64,000 nucleotides of DNA, taken from Acidobacteriota bacterium. GTDB lineage: Bacteria; Acidobacteriota; UBA890; WLXD01. Location: assembly GCA_963666055.2 (NCBI GenBank), contig CAXWPH010000015.1, forward strand, positions 800,001 to 864,000. The letters are read 5' to 3'. The notes under the pieces are model-generated. The model worked only from the letters and a program-made list of their open reading frames with translations, ran no database searches and was not told the DNA's origin. Below, in pieces: positions 40,929-50,846 of the stretch; the stretch's first letter is position 1; each line of letters opens with the position of its first letter. The translations under genes and the position numbers were made by a program.

Positions 40929-42422
40929 TTACTCCGTGGCGCCGAGCTCTCGCAACAGCGTCGCGGCTTTCTCGCGGTTGGTCGCCGTGCTTCCCGGGGC
41001 GCCTCTTCCGGATGTCATCGCCAGCGGCGTTTGGTCGCGCTGGTTCTTCGCGTTCAGCTTCGCGCCCCGGTCGGCGAGCAACTCGATCACAGCCGTGAAC
41101 CCGTTGGCCGCCGCGGCGTGCATCGGAGTGTCGCCGGCCGGGTTGGCTTCGTTCACGTCGGCGCCGGCGTCGAGCAGGATCCCGACGGCCTCGAGCGAGG
41201 CCTCTGCGGAGCGCTCGTAGAAAATATCTCCGAGAACCGTCGGGGTATCGGAGTGATCCAACGGACGGTTGATACGACGTTCGACATAGGTTCCCGCCGC
41301 CACCAGGAGCGGTGTGGTTCCGTTGGGAAGGGCCGTCTTGGCGGCGCCGCTGCGCAGCAGAAGCCGCATGATGTCGCCTTCCAGGTAGTGGGACGCCAGC
41401 ATCAGCGGCGTTGCCCCGGCCCAGGCACTCGAGAGAGCCCAATGCGAAGTGTACCGCCGGATCGGGCTGCCCTTTGTGAGCGGCGCGTTGATGTCGGCCC
41501 CGTGCGCCAGGAGCGCCACGATGGTGTCGAGATCACTTCGGAGAACCGCCGCATGCATTGCCGTGTAACCGCCACCGGCGCTGTGCGGATCCGCCCCGGC
41601 GTCCAGCAGCAGCCTGGCAACGGCTCCCTGACCGGAGAACGCCGCCGCGACCAGCGCCGAGTTGCCGTCTGCTCCGGCGTCGTTGACGTCCGACCCGGCG
41701 TCCAGGAGAAGCCTCGCTGAATCCACATCACCGGACTGGGCTGCGAACAACAACGCCGTGATGCCTCCGCGCTCGATCTCCGTCGCGTCCTCGGCCGCCG
41801 TCCTGGCAGTTCGCCGCCGTCCCAGGTCGAGCATGACGACCTCACGGCGGGTGCGGGTGCGTGCGTGGTTGTCGGCGTCGTGGTCTAGCAGCACGCCGAC
41901 CACCTCCGGGTGGCGCTGCGCCGCGGCCCACATGAGGGCCGTTTGTAGCCGGTCACCGGTGTGGGCGTTTACGTCCGCCTCGAACTCGAGCAACGCCTGT
42001 ACAGCGCCCACACCGCCGACCCGCGCGGCTTGCATCAGCGGCGTGACGCCGGTCTCGCTGGCTACATCGGGATCTGCCCCCGCCTCGAGCAGATGCCTCA
42101 CGATCGCCGCGTTGCCGTTGGTGCTTGCCAGCGCCAGGGGCGTGACCCCCAGATCATTGGCTGCGTTGACGTTGGCGCCGGCGGCGATCAGCCGGTCGAC
42201 CAGCTCCAGATCGTCCTGGTAGGCAGCCCAGTGCAGCGCCGTCGCCCCGTCGGCCTGGGGCGAGCTGACGTCGGCGTCCTGCTGCAGTAGGGCCTGGATG
42301 GCCGCCGCGTTCTTTTCTTTGACGGCGTCGGCGAGCTGCAGCTGGCCGCTCGCGGCGACGCTGTCGGCAGCGAGCAACGCCGCCACCACCCAGGCCGCTG
42401 CGGTCCGGCGGTTGACAGACAT
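40929..42422 (-). CDS. Exported ankyrin repeat protein
   Basis: Repeated 'G.TPL..AA..G' units; signal peptide. Confidence 0.92.
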   Translation of the reverse strand: MSVNRRTAAAWVVAALLAADSVAASGQLQLADAVKEKNAAAIQALLQQDADVSSPQADGATALHWAAYQDDLELVDRLIAAGANVNAANDLGVTPLALASTNGNAAIVRHLLEAGADPDVASETGVTPLMQAARVGGVGAVQALLEFEADVNAHTGDRLQTALMWAAAQRHPEVVGVLLDHDADNHARTRTRREVVMLDLGRRRTARTAAEDATEIERGGITALLFAAQSGDVDSARLLLDAGSDVNDAGADGNSALVAAAFSGQGAVARLLLDAGADPHSAGGGYTAMHAAVLRSDLDTIVALLAHGADINAPLTKGSPIRRYTSHWALSSAWAGATPLMLASHYLEGDIMRLLLRSGAAKTALPNGTTPLLVAAGTYVERRINRPLDHSDTPTVLGDIFYERSAEASLEAVGILLDAGADVNEANPAGDTPMHAAAANGFTAVIELLADRGAKLNAKNQRDQTPLAMTSGRGAPGSTATNREKAATLLRELGATE

Positions 42423-42436
42423 TCGCCGGCCCGCGC

Positions 42437-43774
42437 TCAGATTCCGCCGAGGTAGTCGAGCTCGAGACGGGCCGTGCTATTGCCGAAGCTCTCTACCGGT
42501 ACACCCAGTTTGTCAAGCAGCGCGACATGCAAGTTTGCCAGCGGCGTGCCCTCCCCGTAGCGAATGTACTGTCCACCCTCGAGCTGGCCAGCGCCGCCAC
42601 CCGCTAGCACGATCGGTAGATCGTTGACGATGTGGCCGTTGCCGTCGTTCATGCCGGCGCCGAACTTGATGACCACCTGATCCAGCAACGATCCGTCGCC
42701 GTCCGGCGTCGCGGCCAGCTTCTCCAGCAGATGGCTGAACAGCTTCGCATGGTAGCGGTTGATCTGGGCGCACTTGTCCATCTTCTCGGGGTCATTGCGG
42801 TGGTGCGAGATCGGATGGTGCGAGTCAGGTACGCCGATCTCGGGGTAGGTGCGGCCGTTGAACTCCCTTCCCATCATGAACGTGCAGACGCGAGTGATGT
42901 CGGCCTGATAGGCAATTACCTGCAAGTCGAACATCAACCTCGCGTGCTCAGCGTAGTCGCCGGGAACACCGGCCGGCCGGTCGAATGCCGGCAGCTCGAC
43001 ATTCTGCTCGACGGCTCTCTGAATGCGCTGCTCCACCGCGCGCACGCTCTCCAGGTATCCAGTCAGTCGGGATTGGTCGCTCGGACCGACCTTGTTCTTG
43101 AGCAGCGAGACCTCTTCGAGCACCGAATCGAGAATGCTGGTCTTGCGCAGTGCGCTGGCGCGCCGCGCCGCCGGATCGGTAGTGTCTTCGCCGAACAAGC
43201 GCTCGAAGACGGCCGCAGGATCGGTCTCCATCGGTAGCGGCGAAGTGGGTCCCGCCCAGGAAATCGTTCCCGTGTAGATACAGCTTCCATCGTCGCAAGT
43301 CGCCGCGGCATCCACCGTATCCAGGGCGAGCTCGAGCGATGGCAGCTGCGTTGTTCGACCCAGCTCTCGGGCGGCCAGCTGGTCCATCGAGATGCCGGCT
43401 TTGAGCGCACGGCTGGGGTGCACGTTGGTGAGGAACTTCGTGCTCGCCCGCGCGTGAACCGCGGAGGGCGCGCCGGGTGGCCTGACCGGGTCGCTGTCGA
43501 GCCCGCCCAACACCTTCAGTCGATCGCGAAACGGCTCCAGCGGTTTCAACGCGTACGAAAACTCGAAATCGGAGCCCACCGCGGCAGGGAACCACCGATC
43601 CGGAATCACCCCGTTCGGTACGTAGACGGCGCCGAAGCGTTTTATTGCTTTGGCCGGCGTCTGACTGAGAGCGGTCGCCGCCGGCACCATTGCGTCCAGC
43701 AGCGGAAGTGCGACGGCGGCGCCCAACCCTCGTAGCACCGTGCGCCGGGGAATGGCCTTCTTGGCGATGATCAT
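42437..43774 (-). CDS. DUF1552 (HXXSHH) protein, Tat-exported
   Basis: 'PRRTVLRG..LPLLDAM', 'HHPISHH'. Confidence 0.9.
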   Translation of the reverse strand: MIIAKKAIPRRTVLRGLGAAVALPLLDAMVPAATALSQTPAKAIKRFGAVYVPNGVIPDRWFPAAVGSDFEFSYALKPLEPFRDRLKVLGGLDSDPVRPPGAPSAVHARASTKFLTNVHPSRALKAGISMDQLAARELGRTTQLPSLELALDTVDAAATCDDGSCIYTGTISWAGPTSPLPMETDPAAVFERLFGEDTTDPAARRASALRKTSILDSVLEEVSLLKNKVGPSDQSRLTGYLESVRAVEQRIQRAVEQNVELPAFDRPAGVPGDYAEHARLMFDLQVIAYQADITRVCTFMMGREFNGRTYPEIGVPDSHHPISHHRNDPEKMDKCAQINRYHAKLFSHLLEKLAATPDGDGSLLDQVVIKFGAGMNDGNGHIVNDLPIVLAGGGAGQLEGGQYIRYGEGTPLANLHVALLDKLGVPVESFGNSTARLELDYLGGI

Positions 43775-46275
43775 GACGCGGTGCTCTCCATCTGAAGCGG
43801 CGCTTTCCCCATCTGGAATGGGTCGCTGTCGACGATTCCCTGGATGATGGATGACCACCGGTAATCGGTGGCGGCGGCGCGCCGAAGAATCTTGCGAATG
43901 GCGGGATTGTCGTAGTACTCGACCCCTCGCCCGAGGGCGTAGGTCAGTAGCTTTGCCGTAAATGTGCGGACGAAGTTCTCACGGTGATCCGACAAGAGCT
44001 TGCGGATGCCCCCAATGCCATCGATGGGCGTGCCGTCGGCGAATACGGATGATGCATCGATCGGAATTCCGTTGCTCATCGTACGCCAACGGCCCACCGC
44101 GTCGAAGTTCTCGAGTGCGAAGCCCAGCGGGTCCATGCGCACGTGACAGGTGGCGCACTCCGGATTTCTCCGATGTTGCTCCATTTGCTCTCGCATCGAA
44201 AGGACGCGGCCATCACTGGCCGTGGGCTCCAAATCCGGCACGCTCTCTGGTGGTGGGGGGGGTGGCATGCCGAGGATGTTCTCGAGCATCCAGCGCCCGC
44301 GCACGACCGGCGCGGTGCGATCCGGATAGGAAGTCACCATGAGGATGCTCCCTTGGCCTAGAAGACCGCCGCGCACGCCATCGTCGAGCGTCACGCGCCG
44401 AAAGCGCTCGCCCTTGATACCCGGAATGCCGTAGTGCTGGGCCAGTCGCTCGTTGACGAATGTGTAGTCGGCGGTCAACAGGTCCAACACGCTGCGGTCT
44501 TCGCGTAGCTGGCTGTCGATGAAGAGCTCAGTCTCCGTCAGGAAAGCGTGCCGCAGGTTCTCGTCGAACTCGAAGAACAGGTCCGGATCGGGCCGCCATG
44601 CAAGAGCCTTCCCGAAGCCGAGCCACTGACTTGCGAAGTCCTCCACGAGCATCCTCGAGCGCGTGTCGGCCAACATGCGGCGTACCTGGCTTTCGAGAAC
44701 TGCTGGCTGACTGAGCTCGCCGCGAGTCGCCAGATCGAGAAGCTCCTCGTCCGGGATGCTGCTCCACAAGAAGAAAGACAGCCGCGAGGCCAGGTCTAGG
44801 TCAGTGAGCCGATACGCTCCTCCGGGAGCAGCGCCGGGTGGGGGGGTGTCGACCCGCAGCAGGAAGTTGACGCTGACCAGCAGTCGCTCGATGGCCGCCT
44901 GGATTCCCGCATCGAACCCCCCGGTGCTGCGGCCGGTGTCGTAGAAGTCGACAAGCGTCTGGAGTTCCGCGTCCGTGACCGGTCGGCGATAGGCGCGTCG
45001 AGCGAGCCTCGACAAGATCTTCTGGGCACAGGGCGCTTCGTCGGCCGGGGTCGTCGGGCGGCACACGAACACCAGGCGGCGGCTGGGCGTATCCCCCGGT
45101 CCCTCGGCGAGGTACGGACCGGCGATGCCGACGCTCTCGACGGCGGCCAAGCCGTCGTACAGCTGATCCGACATGAACCCGAAGCCGAGGCTCCGCGGCT
45201 GCAACGCTTCCTCGAGCTCGCGCGGCTGCTGAACGAACGAGACCGACACCGTTCGCGCACCGGCCCGCACCGGCACGCGCGCCTGCAGGGCAGCGTCGGC
45301 GGAGTGCATGTAGTTTTCCCACTCGATGTCCCCACGGATTTCCCCGGCCCAGGTCAATGGGGCGGCGAGACCCTTTTCTCGTCCCTCGCCGCCCACCGTG
45401 AAGCGCGCAACGCGCTTCCCGTCGATGCGTACGTCAATTTGCTGGGCATCACGCAGGCCGACGATGTAGGAGTAGATCTGACGTCTCAGTAGCACCTTGA
45501 TGACGTACTCGCCATCGAGCTCGAAGTTGTGGCGAACGGCCAAACCGCCGCGCGATCCGAAGGGCTGGTCCTCGCTGATGCGAACGTCCTGATTCAGGAA
45601 CACGGGCAGCTGATGGAGCTTGGAGCTCGGAACAGCCCCCATCGTCGGGTCGCCCACCGCGAGGCGGCTGATCGATCGGGCCGCAGACAGGTAGCGTTCC
45701 AGATGCGCCGGCGAGATCGTCAGGCTCTCCGCAATATTGTCGAAACCCTCGTCGGCCTCGTCGGACAAGAGGAGTGATGTTGCGTCGATCTCCACTGCCA
45801 GCAGGTCGCGGATGGCGTTGGTGTATTCCGTCCGGTTCATCCGATGAATGCCAACCCGACCCGGGTTGGGATTCGCCGCGGCCGCTTCATCCAGCTCCGC
45901 TTCCAGCCACGCCAGCATGGCGCTCAAGGTCGCTTTGTCGGGTCGCGGCATCTCCGGCGGGGGCATCTGCCCCGTACGAACCATGTGCCACACCTTCTCC
46001 CACACCTCGGGGTCCTGATCCACACCCTCGAGGTCGATCCCTTCGAGCGTCAGCCCACCCGTGAGCAGTTCCTGGTTGTGGCAAAACACGCAATAAGCGT
46101 CGATGGTCTCGGCTGGCGAAACCGCCGTCGACGCGACGGGACTCGTCGAGGACCGCGGTGGCGGCGCGAGTGTCTGCGGTAGCGCGGCGGTCGGGTTCGT
46201 TGCCTGGCTCGCAGCCTGCGTGTGGAAGAACAACAGCGGCACCATGAAGAGCATCAACAGCTTCGCGCTTCTCAT
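43771..46275 (-). CDS. DUF1587/1595/1592/1588/1585 cytochrome c protein
   Basis: CVFCH and CATCH; 'RMNRTEYTNAIRDL', 'LASRLSFFLWSS.PD', 'GFALENFDAVG'. Confidence 0.9.
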   Translation of the reverse strand: MRSAKLLMLFMVPLLFFHTQAASQATNPTAALPQTLAPPPRSSTSPVASTAVSPAETIDAYCVFCHNQELLTGGLTLEGIDLEGVDQDPEVWEKVWHMVRTGQMPPPEMPRPDKATLSAMLAWLEAELDEAAAANPNPGRVGIHRMNRTEYTNAIRDLLAVEIDATSLLLSDEADEGFDNIAESLTISPAHLERYLSAARSISRLAVGDPTMGAVPSSKLHQLPVFLNQDVRISEDQPFGSRGGLAVRHNFELDGEYVIKVLLRRQIYSYIVGLRDAQQIDVRIDGKRVARFTVGGEGREKGLAAPLTWAGEIRGDIEWENYMHSADAALQARVPVRAGARTVSVSFVQQPRELEEALQPRSLGFGFMSDQLYDGLAAVESVGIAGPYLAEGPGDTPSRRLVFVCRPTTPADEAPCAQKILSRLARRAYRRPVTDAELQTLVDFYDTGRSTGGFDAGIQAAIERLLVSVNFLLRVDTPPPGAAPGGAYRLTDLDLASRLSFFLWSSIPDEELLDLATRGELSQPAVLESQVRRMLADTRSRMLVEDFASQWLGFGKALAWRPDPDLFFEFDENLRHAFLTETELFIDSQLREDRSVLDLLTADYTFVNERLAQHYGIPGIKGERFRRVTLDDGVRGGLLGQGSILMVTSYPDRTAPVVRGRWMLENILGMPPPPPPESVPDLEPTASDGRVLSMREQMEQHRRNPECATCHVRMDPLGFALENFDAVGRWRTMSNGIPIDASSVFADGTPIDGIGGIRKLLSDHRENFVRTFTAKLLTYALGRGVEYYDNPAIRKILRRAAATDYRWSSIIQGIVDSDPFQMGKAPLQMESTAS

Positions 46276-46504
46276 GATCGGTGTCCTCCGCCCCGAGGCA
46301 CGTCGAGTGTTGCCCAAGACAGCATACCCTTGCGCCGACAACAGGATAGAAGCATGACTCGAGGAATCCAACTGATGGTCAACACCGACCACCGAACCGC
46401 TCTGTCTCGCCGCGTCTTTGATTCTGGCCGGCCTCGCCACCCAGCAAGCAGCGAGTCGGCGGACTCGGCAGGTAACGTCTCCGTGCAGCCCATTCCGCGG
46501 CGCT

Positions 46505-47506
46505 TCAGGGCGAGCACCAGGCGGGCCCCGATTCTGCCGCTTCGTGGCTCGTCAATCGGATCTGGTTACCACCATCTGCATCCATCACGTAGATCTCGTT
46601 GTTGCCGTCCCGGTCGGCAACGAATGCGATCTTGGCACCGTCCGGTGACCAGGCGGCGAATTCGTTCGAACGCGGGTCCCTGCTCAGGTTGGTAACGCTC
46701 TGGTCGGCCAAGCTCACCGACAGGATGTCGGCCCAGCCCTCCAAGGTGGAGTCGAAGACGATGCTCGATCCGGTTGGAGACCACGCCGGATAACCATTGT
46801 AGGCGTCCAATTGCGTCAACTGATTGGGATCGGAACCATCGGCGTTGAACGTCCAGATTTGCAATCTTCCGGCCTCGCCCCACTCGGTCGTGATGGTTTC
46901 CCCCAGCTGCCCCCCCTCGGCCGCCAGCTTGCGCCCGTCTGGTGACCACGTCGGGGAAAGAAAGTTGTAGCCGGCAATGTTCGTCACCTGGAGCTCGTTC
47001 GATCCGTCGGGCTGGATCGTGAAGAGGTTCGACGGCGTTGCGTTACCGCCGGAGCTGAACGCAATCTTGCTGCCGTTTGGTGACCAGGAGGGCGAGTTGT
47101 TGTCGTGGTCGTTGTGAGTGAGGCGCGTTACGTCGCTGCCGTCGACGTCCATCAGATACAGCTGCTTCCTTCCTTCTCTGTCTGATGAGAAGACGATCCG
47201 GGAGCCATCGGGGGAGCAGTAGGGAAGGGCGTCGCTAGCAGGGTTGTCGGTGAGCCTCGTGAGCCCGGAGCCATCCTGGTTCATGAGGTAGATCTCAGAA
47301 TTGCCGTCACGCTCGGAGCTGAAGACGATTTTGTAATCTCGATCCTGAGGCTCGAAGTTGGCGTACAGATTCGAGGTTCCGGTATCGGAGGTCGATGGAG
47401 GCTCGGCAGGGCCGCAGCCGGCGGCCACGAACAGCGCCACGGCAACCGGGCCGATGATGCGCCGGGCGTGCTCAGCGTAGCGGCCTGGTCGGGTGCCGGG
47501 GTTCAC
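46505..47506 (-). CDS. TolB-like PD40 beta-propeller lipoprotein
   Basis: Repeated 'WSPDG..I.F.S.R.G..EIY.M'; lipobox 'AAGC'. Confidence 0.85.
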   Translation of the reverse strand: MNPGTRPGRYAEHARRIIGPVAVALFVAAGCGPAEPPSTSDTGTSNLYANFEPQDRDYKIVFSSERDGNSEIYLMNQDGSGLTRLTDNPASDALPYCSPDGSRIVFSSDREGRKQLYLMDVDGSDVTRLTHNDHDNNSPSWSPNGSKIAFSSGGNATPSNLFTIQPDGSNELQVTNIAGYNFLSPTWSPDGRKLAAEGGQLGETITTEWGEAGRLQIWTFNADGSDPNQLTQLDAYNGYPAWSPTGSSIVFDSTLEGWADILSVSLADQSVTNLSRDPRSNEFAAWSPDGAKIAFVADRDGNNEIYVMDADGGNQIRLTSHEAAESGPAWCSP

Positions 47507-47515
47507 GGTCTTGTC

Positions 47516-48406
47516 CTACCTGAGGTGTTCGTTGAAGAAGGCGATCGTGCGTTCTTCAGCCAGCTTCGCCGCCGACGGATCGAACCGCGGCGTGGTGTCG
47601 TTGTGGAAACCGTGGTTGACGTTGTCGTACATGTGCATCGTGTACCTCTTGCCATGCGCGTCCAGGGCTTCCTCGAAGGCCGGCCAGCCGGCGTTGACAC
47701 GTTCGTCCAGGCCGGCGTACTGGATCATCAGCGGGGCCTCGATCTTGGCAACATCCTCCGCAGCGGGCTGGGAGCCGTAGAACGGCACCCCCGCCCCCAG
47801 GTTCGGGAGGCGCGTCGCCAGGTAGTTGACGACGCCTCCGCCGAAGCAGAAGCCGACGGCGCCGACGCGGCCGGTGGAGCCCTCGTCGGCCATGAGGAGC
47901 TCGGCTGCAGCCACGAAATCTTCCATCATCTCGTCGCGATCGCGCTGACGCTGTAGGGCGCGGCCGTCGTCGTCGTTGCCCGGGTAGCCGCCGAGAGGGA
48001 ACAGGGCGTCGGGGCCGAACGCCAGGAAGTCGGCCACTGCGAAGCGGCGCACGACGTCCTCGACATAGGGGTTCAGCCCGCGGTTCTCGTGAATGACCAG
48101 AACTGCCGGCTTCCTACCTTCCCCGGCCGGTCGTGCCATGTAGCCACGCATGGTGCCAGCGCCCTTGGGCGACGAGTACTCGACGTACTCCGCGTGGATG
48201 CGCTCGTCGGTCGGCGCCACCTGCTGTGCCTGGGCGTAGCGGGGGCTCAAACTACTGAGCATGGCCATCGCCGTCATGCTTCCGACCGCGAACTTGCCGG
48301 CGCCCTCGAGGAAGGCGCGGCGGTCGATGATGCCGTGGACGTAGCGATCGAACAGGGTGAGAACTTCCTTCGGGAAGTCGTTGGCGGTAGGTCGTCTGCT
48401 GCTCAT
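47516..48406 (-). CDS. Dienelactone hydrolase family (YghX-like)
   Basis: 'HENRGLNP', 'GFCFGG', 'HGFHND'; Tat-like 'DRRAFL'. Confidence 0.9.
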   Translation of the reverse strand: MSSRRPTANDFPKEVLTLFDRYVHGIIDRRAFLEGAGKFAVGSMTAMAMLSSLSPRYAQAQQVAPTDERIHAEYVEYSSPKGAGTMRGYMARPAGEGRKPAVLVIHENRGLNPYVEDVVRRFAVADFLAFGPDALFPLGGYPGNDDDGRALQRQRDRDEMMEDFVAAAELLMADEGSTGRVGAVGFCFGGGVVNYLATRLPNLGAGVPFYGSQPAAEDVAKIEAPLMIQYAGLDERVNAGWPAFEEALDAHGKRYTMHMYDNVNHGFHNDTTPRFDPSAAKLAEERTIAFFNEHLR

Positions 48407-48564
48407 CAGGCGCTCTCCTCGATACTGGTAGAGGTCTCAGCCGCCGACGATCGACTCGAGTTGACAGCTCCCGGCTACCGGCCCAGGATCACTCGGTCGC
48501 TCGCCCCGGCACCGAACGGTATCCCAAGACTCGACCAAACTGCCAACCAGGAGTTGCACGGATC

Positions 48565-49125
48565 ATGCGCACCGCCCTGCCGGCGCTGGTCAGCGCTGGC
48601 GCTGCGATACTCGTCTTTGCGACGCAGGGGAGCGATACCCGCGTCGCCGTCGAGCTGGTCACCCACAGCTCGGTCGTCATCGATCGTCCAGCATCCGAAG
48701 TCTGGCCCCACATCGTCGACCCGAGTGCCTGGAAAGAAACGCTCCCCCTGCGCCACCACGCCGGAGAGCCGGGCGCTGTCGGAGAGGTCTTCGCTGCGTT
48801 CGACCCCAGGGCTCCGGACACCATCGAGTATCTGGTCAAGAACGTCGAGCTCGTCCCCAACGAGCGCCGCACCATCAAGCTCACCCTGCCCGGGCATGGG
48901 GCCTTGATCGGGTACGCCACCTGGACTTTGGCCGCACATGATGGCCACACCCTGGTGACCTACGACGTCTACACGGAGACGTTGCTAACGCCCGAAGAGG
49001 GGTCTCGGCTGACGCCGGAGCAGCTCGCCGAGATGACGCGCCAAGGGTACGAGGCCAACAAGCCCCGTTTCGACCGGGAGTTGGTGGCGTTGAAGACGAT
49101 CGTCGAGGGGCCTCGAAGTAGGTAA
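48565..49125 (+). CDS. SRPBCC/START-like protein, exported
   Basis: 'VIDRPASEVW..DP..W', C-terminal 'LK.IVE'. Confidence 0.7.
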   Translation: MRTALPALVSAGAAILVFATQGSDTRVAVELVTHSSVVIDRPASEVWPHIVDPSAWKETLPLRHHAGEPGAVGEVFAAFDPRAPDTIEYLVKNVELVPNERRTIKLTLPGHGALIGYATWTLAAHDGHTLVTYDVYTETLLTPEEGSRLTPEQLAEMTRQGYEANKPRFDRELVALKTIVEGPRSR

Positions 49126-49155
49126 CGCCCTGCGGTCCACCAACGGAGGAACCCG

Positions 49156-49929
49156 ATGCCACAGACCGTCTTGATAAGCCTGTTGCTGCTCGCCGCTGTT
49201 AGCGCAGTGTCCCAGCCGCAGCCGGAGACCGGCTTCCTGAATCGTTCGGTGCACGTGAATGGCATGGAGTATCCGTATCAGGTGTATGTTCCCTCCGGTT
49301 ACGAGTCGCGTACCGACTGGCCGGTGATTCTGTTTCTGCACGGCGCGGGAGAGCGCGGCAGCGACGGTCTGGCGCAGACCGAGGTGGGTATCGGAAGCGC
49401 GATCCGCCGCGATCCTGGCCTGTATCGGGCCGTAGTGGTGTTCCCCCAGGTGCCGGACGACAGGCGGTGGCCGGGCGAAGCGGCCGAGGCCGCGGTGACG
49501 GCTCTCGATGCGACGCTAGAGGAGTACGCCGTCGATCGCGACCGCGTCTACTTGACCGGGCTGTCGCTCGGGGGCAACGGCACCTGGTACGTGGCGTATC
49601 AGCATCCCGAGAAGTTTGCCGCCATCGTGCCCATATGCGGCTGGGTGACCGGCCGCGAGCAAGCTCCGGACTGGATGGATGCCGCCAGCCCTCGCGAGGC
49701 CGTCACCGCGGTGGCCGAGCGGCTCCAAGGGCTGCCGATCTGGGTTTTCCACGGTGAGATCGACACCGTGGTCCCGGTGGAGGGCTCACGCACTGTCGTG
49801 CAGGCGCTACGCGAGTTGGGCGCCGACGTGCGCTATACGGAGCTGCCGGGCACGGGCCACAACGCTTGGGACCCGGCCTATCGCTCCCCCGACCTGGCCG
49901 CCTGGCTTCTGTCACAGAAACGACGATGA
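49156..49929 (+). CDS. Exported esterase/phospholipase (alpha/beta hydrolase)
   Basis: 'FLHGAGERG', 'GLSLGG', 'FHGEID', 'GHNAW'. Confidence 0.88.
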   Translation: MPQTVLISLLLLAAVSAVSQPQPETGFLNRSVHVNGMEYPYQVYVPSGYESRTDWPVILFLHGAGERGSDGLAQTEVGIGSAIRRDPGLYRAVVVFPQVPDDRRWPGEAAEAAVTALDATLEEYAVDRDRVYLTGLSLGGNGTWYVAYQHPEKFAAIVPICGWVTGREQAPDWMDAASPREAVTAVAERLQGLPIWVFHGEIDTVVPVEGSRTVVQALRELGADVRYTELPGTGHNAWDPAYRSPDLAAWLLSQKRR

Positions 49930-50819
49930 CGATTGGGTTCATTGGCCTGGGGAATATGGGCAACCCCATGGCTGCCAACTTGATCAAGGCCGGCTTTGCG
50001 TTGACGGTGCATGACCTAAATCAGTCAGCCGCCGATAATCTGCTGGCGGGTGGCGCAAAGTGGGCCGACAGCCCGCGCCAGTTGGCCCAAGCCGCGGACA
50101 CGATCCTCTGTTCGCTCCCCGGTCCGCCGCAGGTCGAAGCGGTGATGCTGGGTGACGAGGGGGTTCTTGCCGGCGCCCGCTCAGGCAGTACGTGGATCGA
50201 TCTGAGCACCAACTCGCCCGAGTTGTTGAAGCGCCTGGCGGCCCTGGCCGTCGAGCAGGGAGTGGACACTCTGGACGCCCCTGTTACCGGGGCGGTGGAT
50301 GGTGCCCAGGCTGGTCGGTCGGTTTACTTTGTCGGCGGCGAGCGGGACGTTTTCGAGCGACAGCTACCGGTATTCGAAGCGATGGGGGAGAAAGTCTTCT
50401 ATGCCGGCCCACTGGGTGCCGGGTTGGCGGCCAAGCTGTTGACCAACCTGCTGTGGTTTATCAATGCGGTGGCGATTGGCGAAGGCTTGATGCTGGGTGT
50501 CAGGGCTGGCATCGGGCTACCGACAGTATGGGAGATCATCAAGTCGAGCGCCGGCAACAGCTGGGTGGCTGAACACGACGTCCCGTCGATATTTCGAGGC
50601 GACTATGATCCGTCGTTCACTCTCGATCTGTGCTGTAAGGACCTGCACTTGATCAACGACCTCGGCCGTGAGTTGGACGTACCGCTGGAGCTCGGAACGT
50701 TGGTCGAGCAGGTCTTCCGGCGTGCCAAATCCCAATACGGTGGCGAGCAGGCTGAGCTGCATGTGGTGAAGCTCTTGGAGGATCTTCTCGGCACCGAGCT
50801 ACGTGCACCCGGCTTTTGA
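49926..50819 (+). CDS. NAD(P)-dependent beta-hydroxyacid dehydrogenase family
   Basis: 'GFIGLGNMG', 'DAPVTG', 'KL..N', 'KDL'. Confidence 0.9.
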   Translation: MTIGFIGLGNMGNPMAANLIKAGFALTVHDLNQSAADNLLAGGAKWADSPRQLAQAADTILCSLPGPPQVEAVMLGDEGVLAGARSGSTWIDLSTNSPELLKRLAALAVEQGVDTLDAPVTGAVDGAQAGRSVYFVGGERDVFERQLPVFEAMGEKVFYAGPLGAGLAAKLLTNLLWFINAVAIGEGLMLGVRAGIGLPTVWEIIKSSAGNSWVAEHDVPSIFRGDYDPSFTLDLCCKDLHLINDLGRELDVPLELGTLVEQVFRRAKSQYGGEQAELHVVKLLEDLLGTELRAPGF

Positions 50820-50846
50820 CGGCCGCCACGCTTCCACCCCAGCCTG

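Noticed and set aside
39562-41442. 626-aa version of the propeller ORF
   Set aside because: The N-terminal extension overlaps the ankyrin gene in another frame; the likely start is 40839
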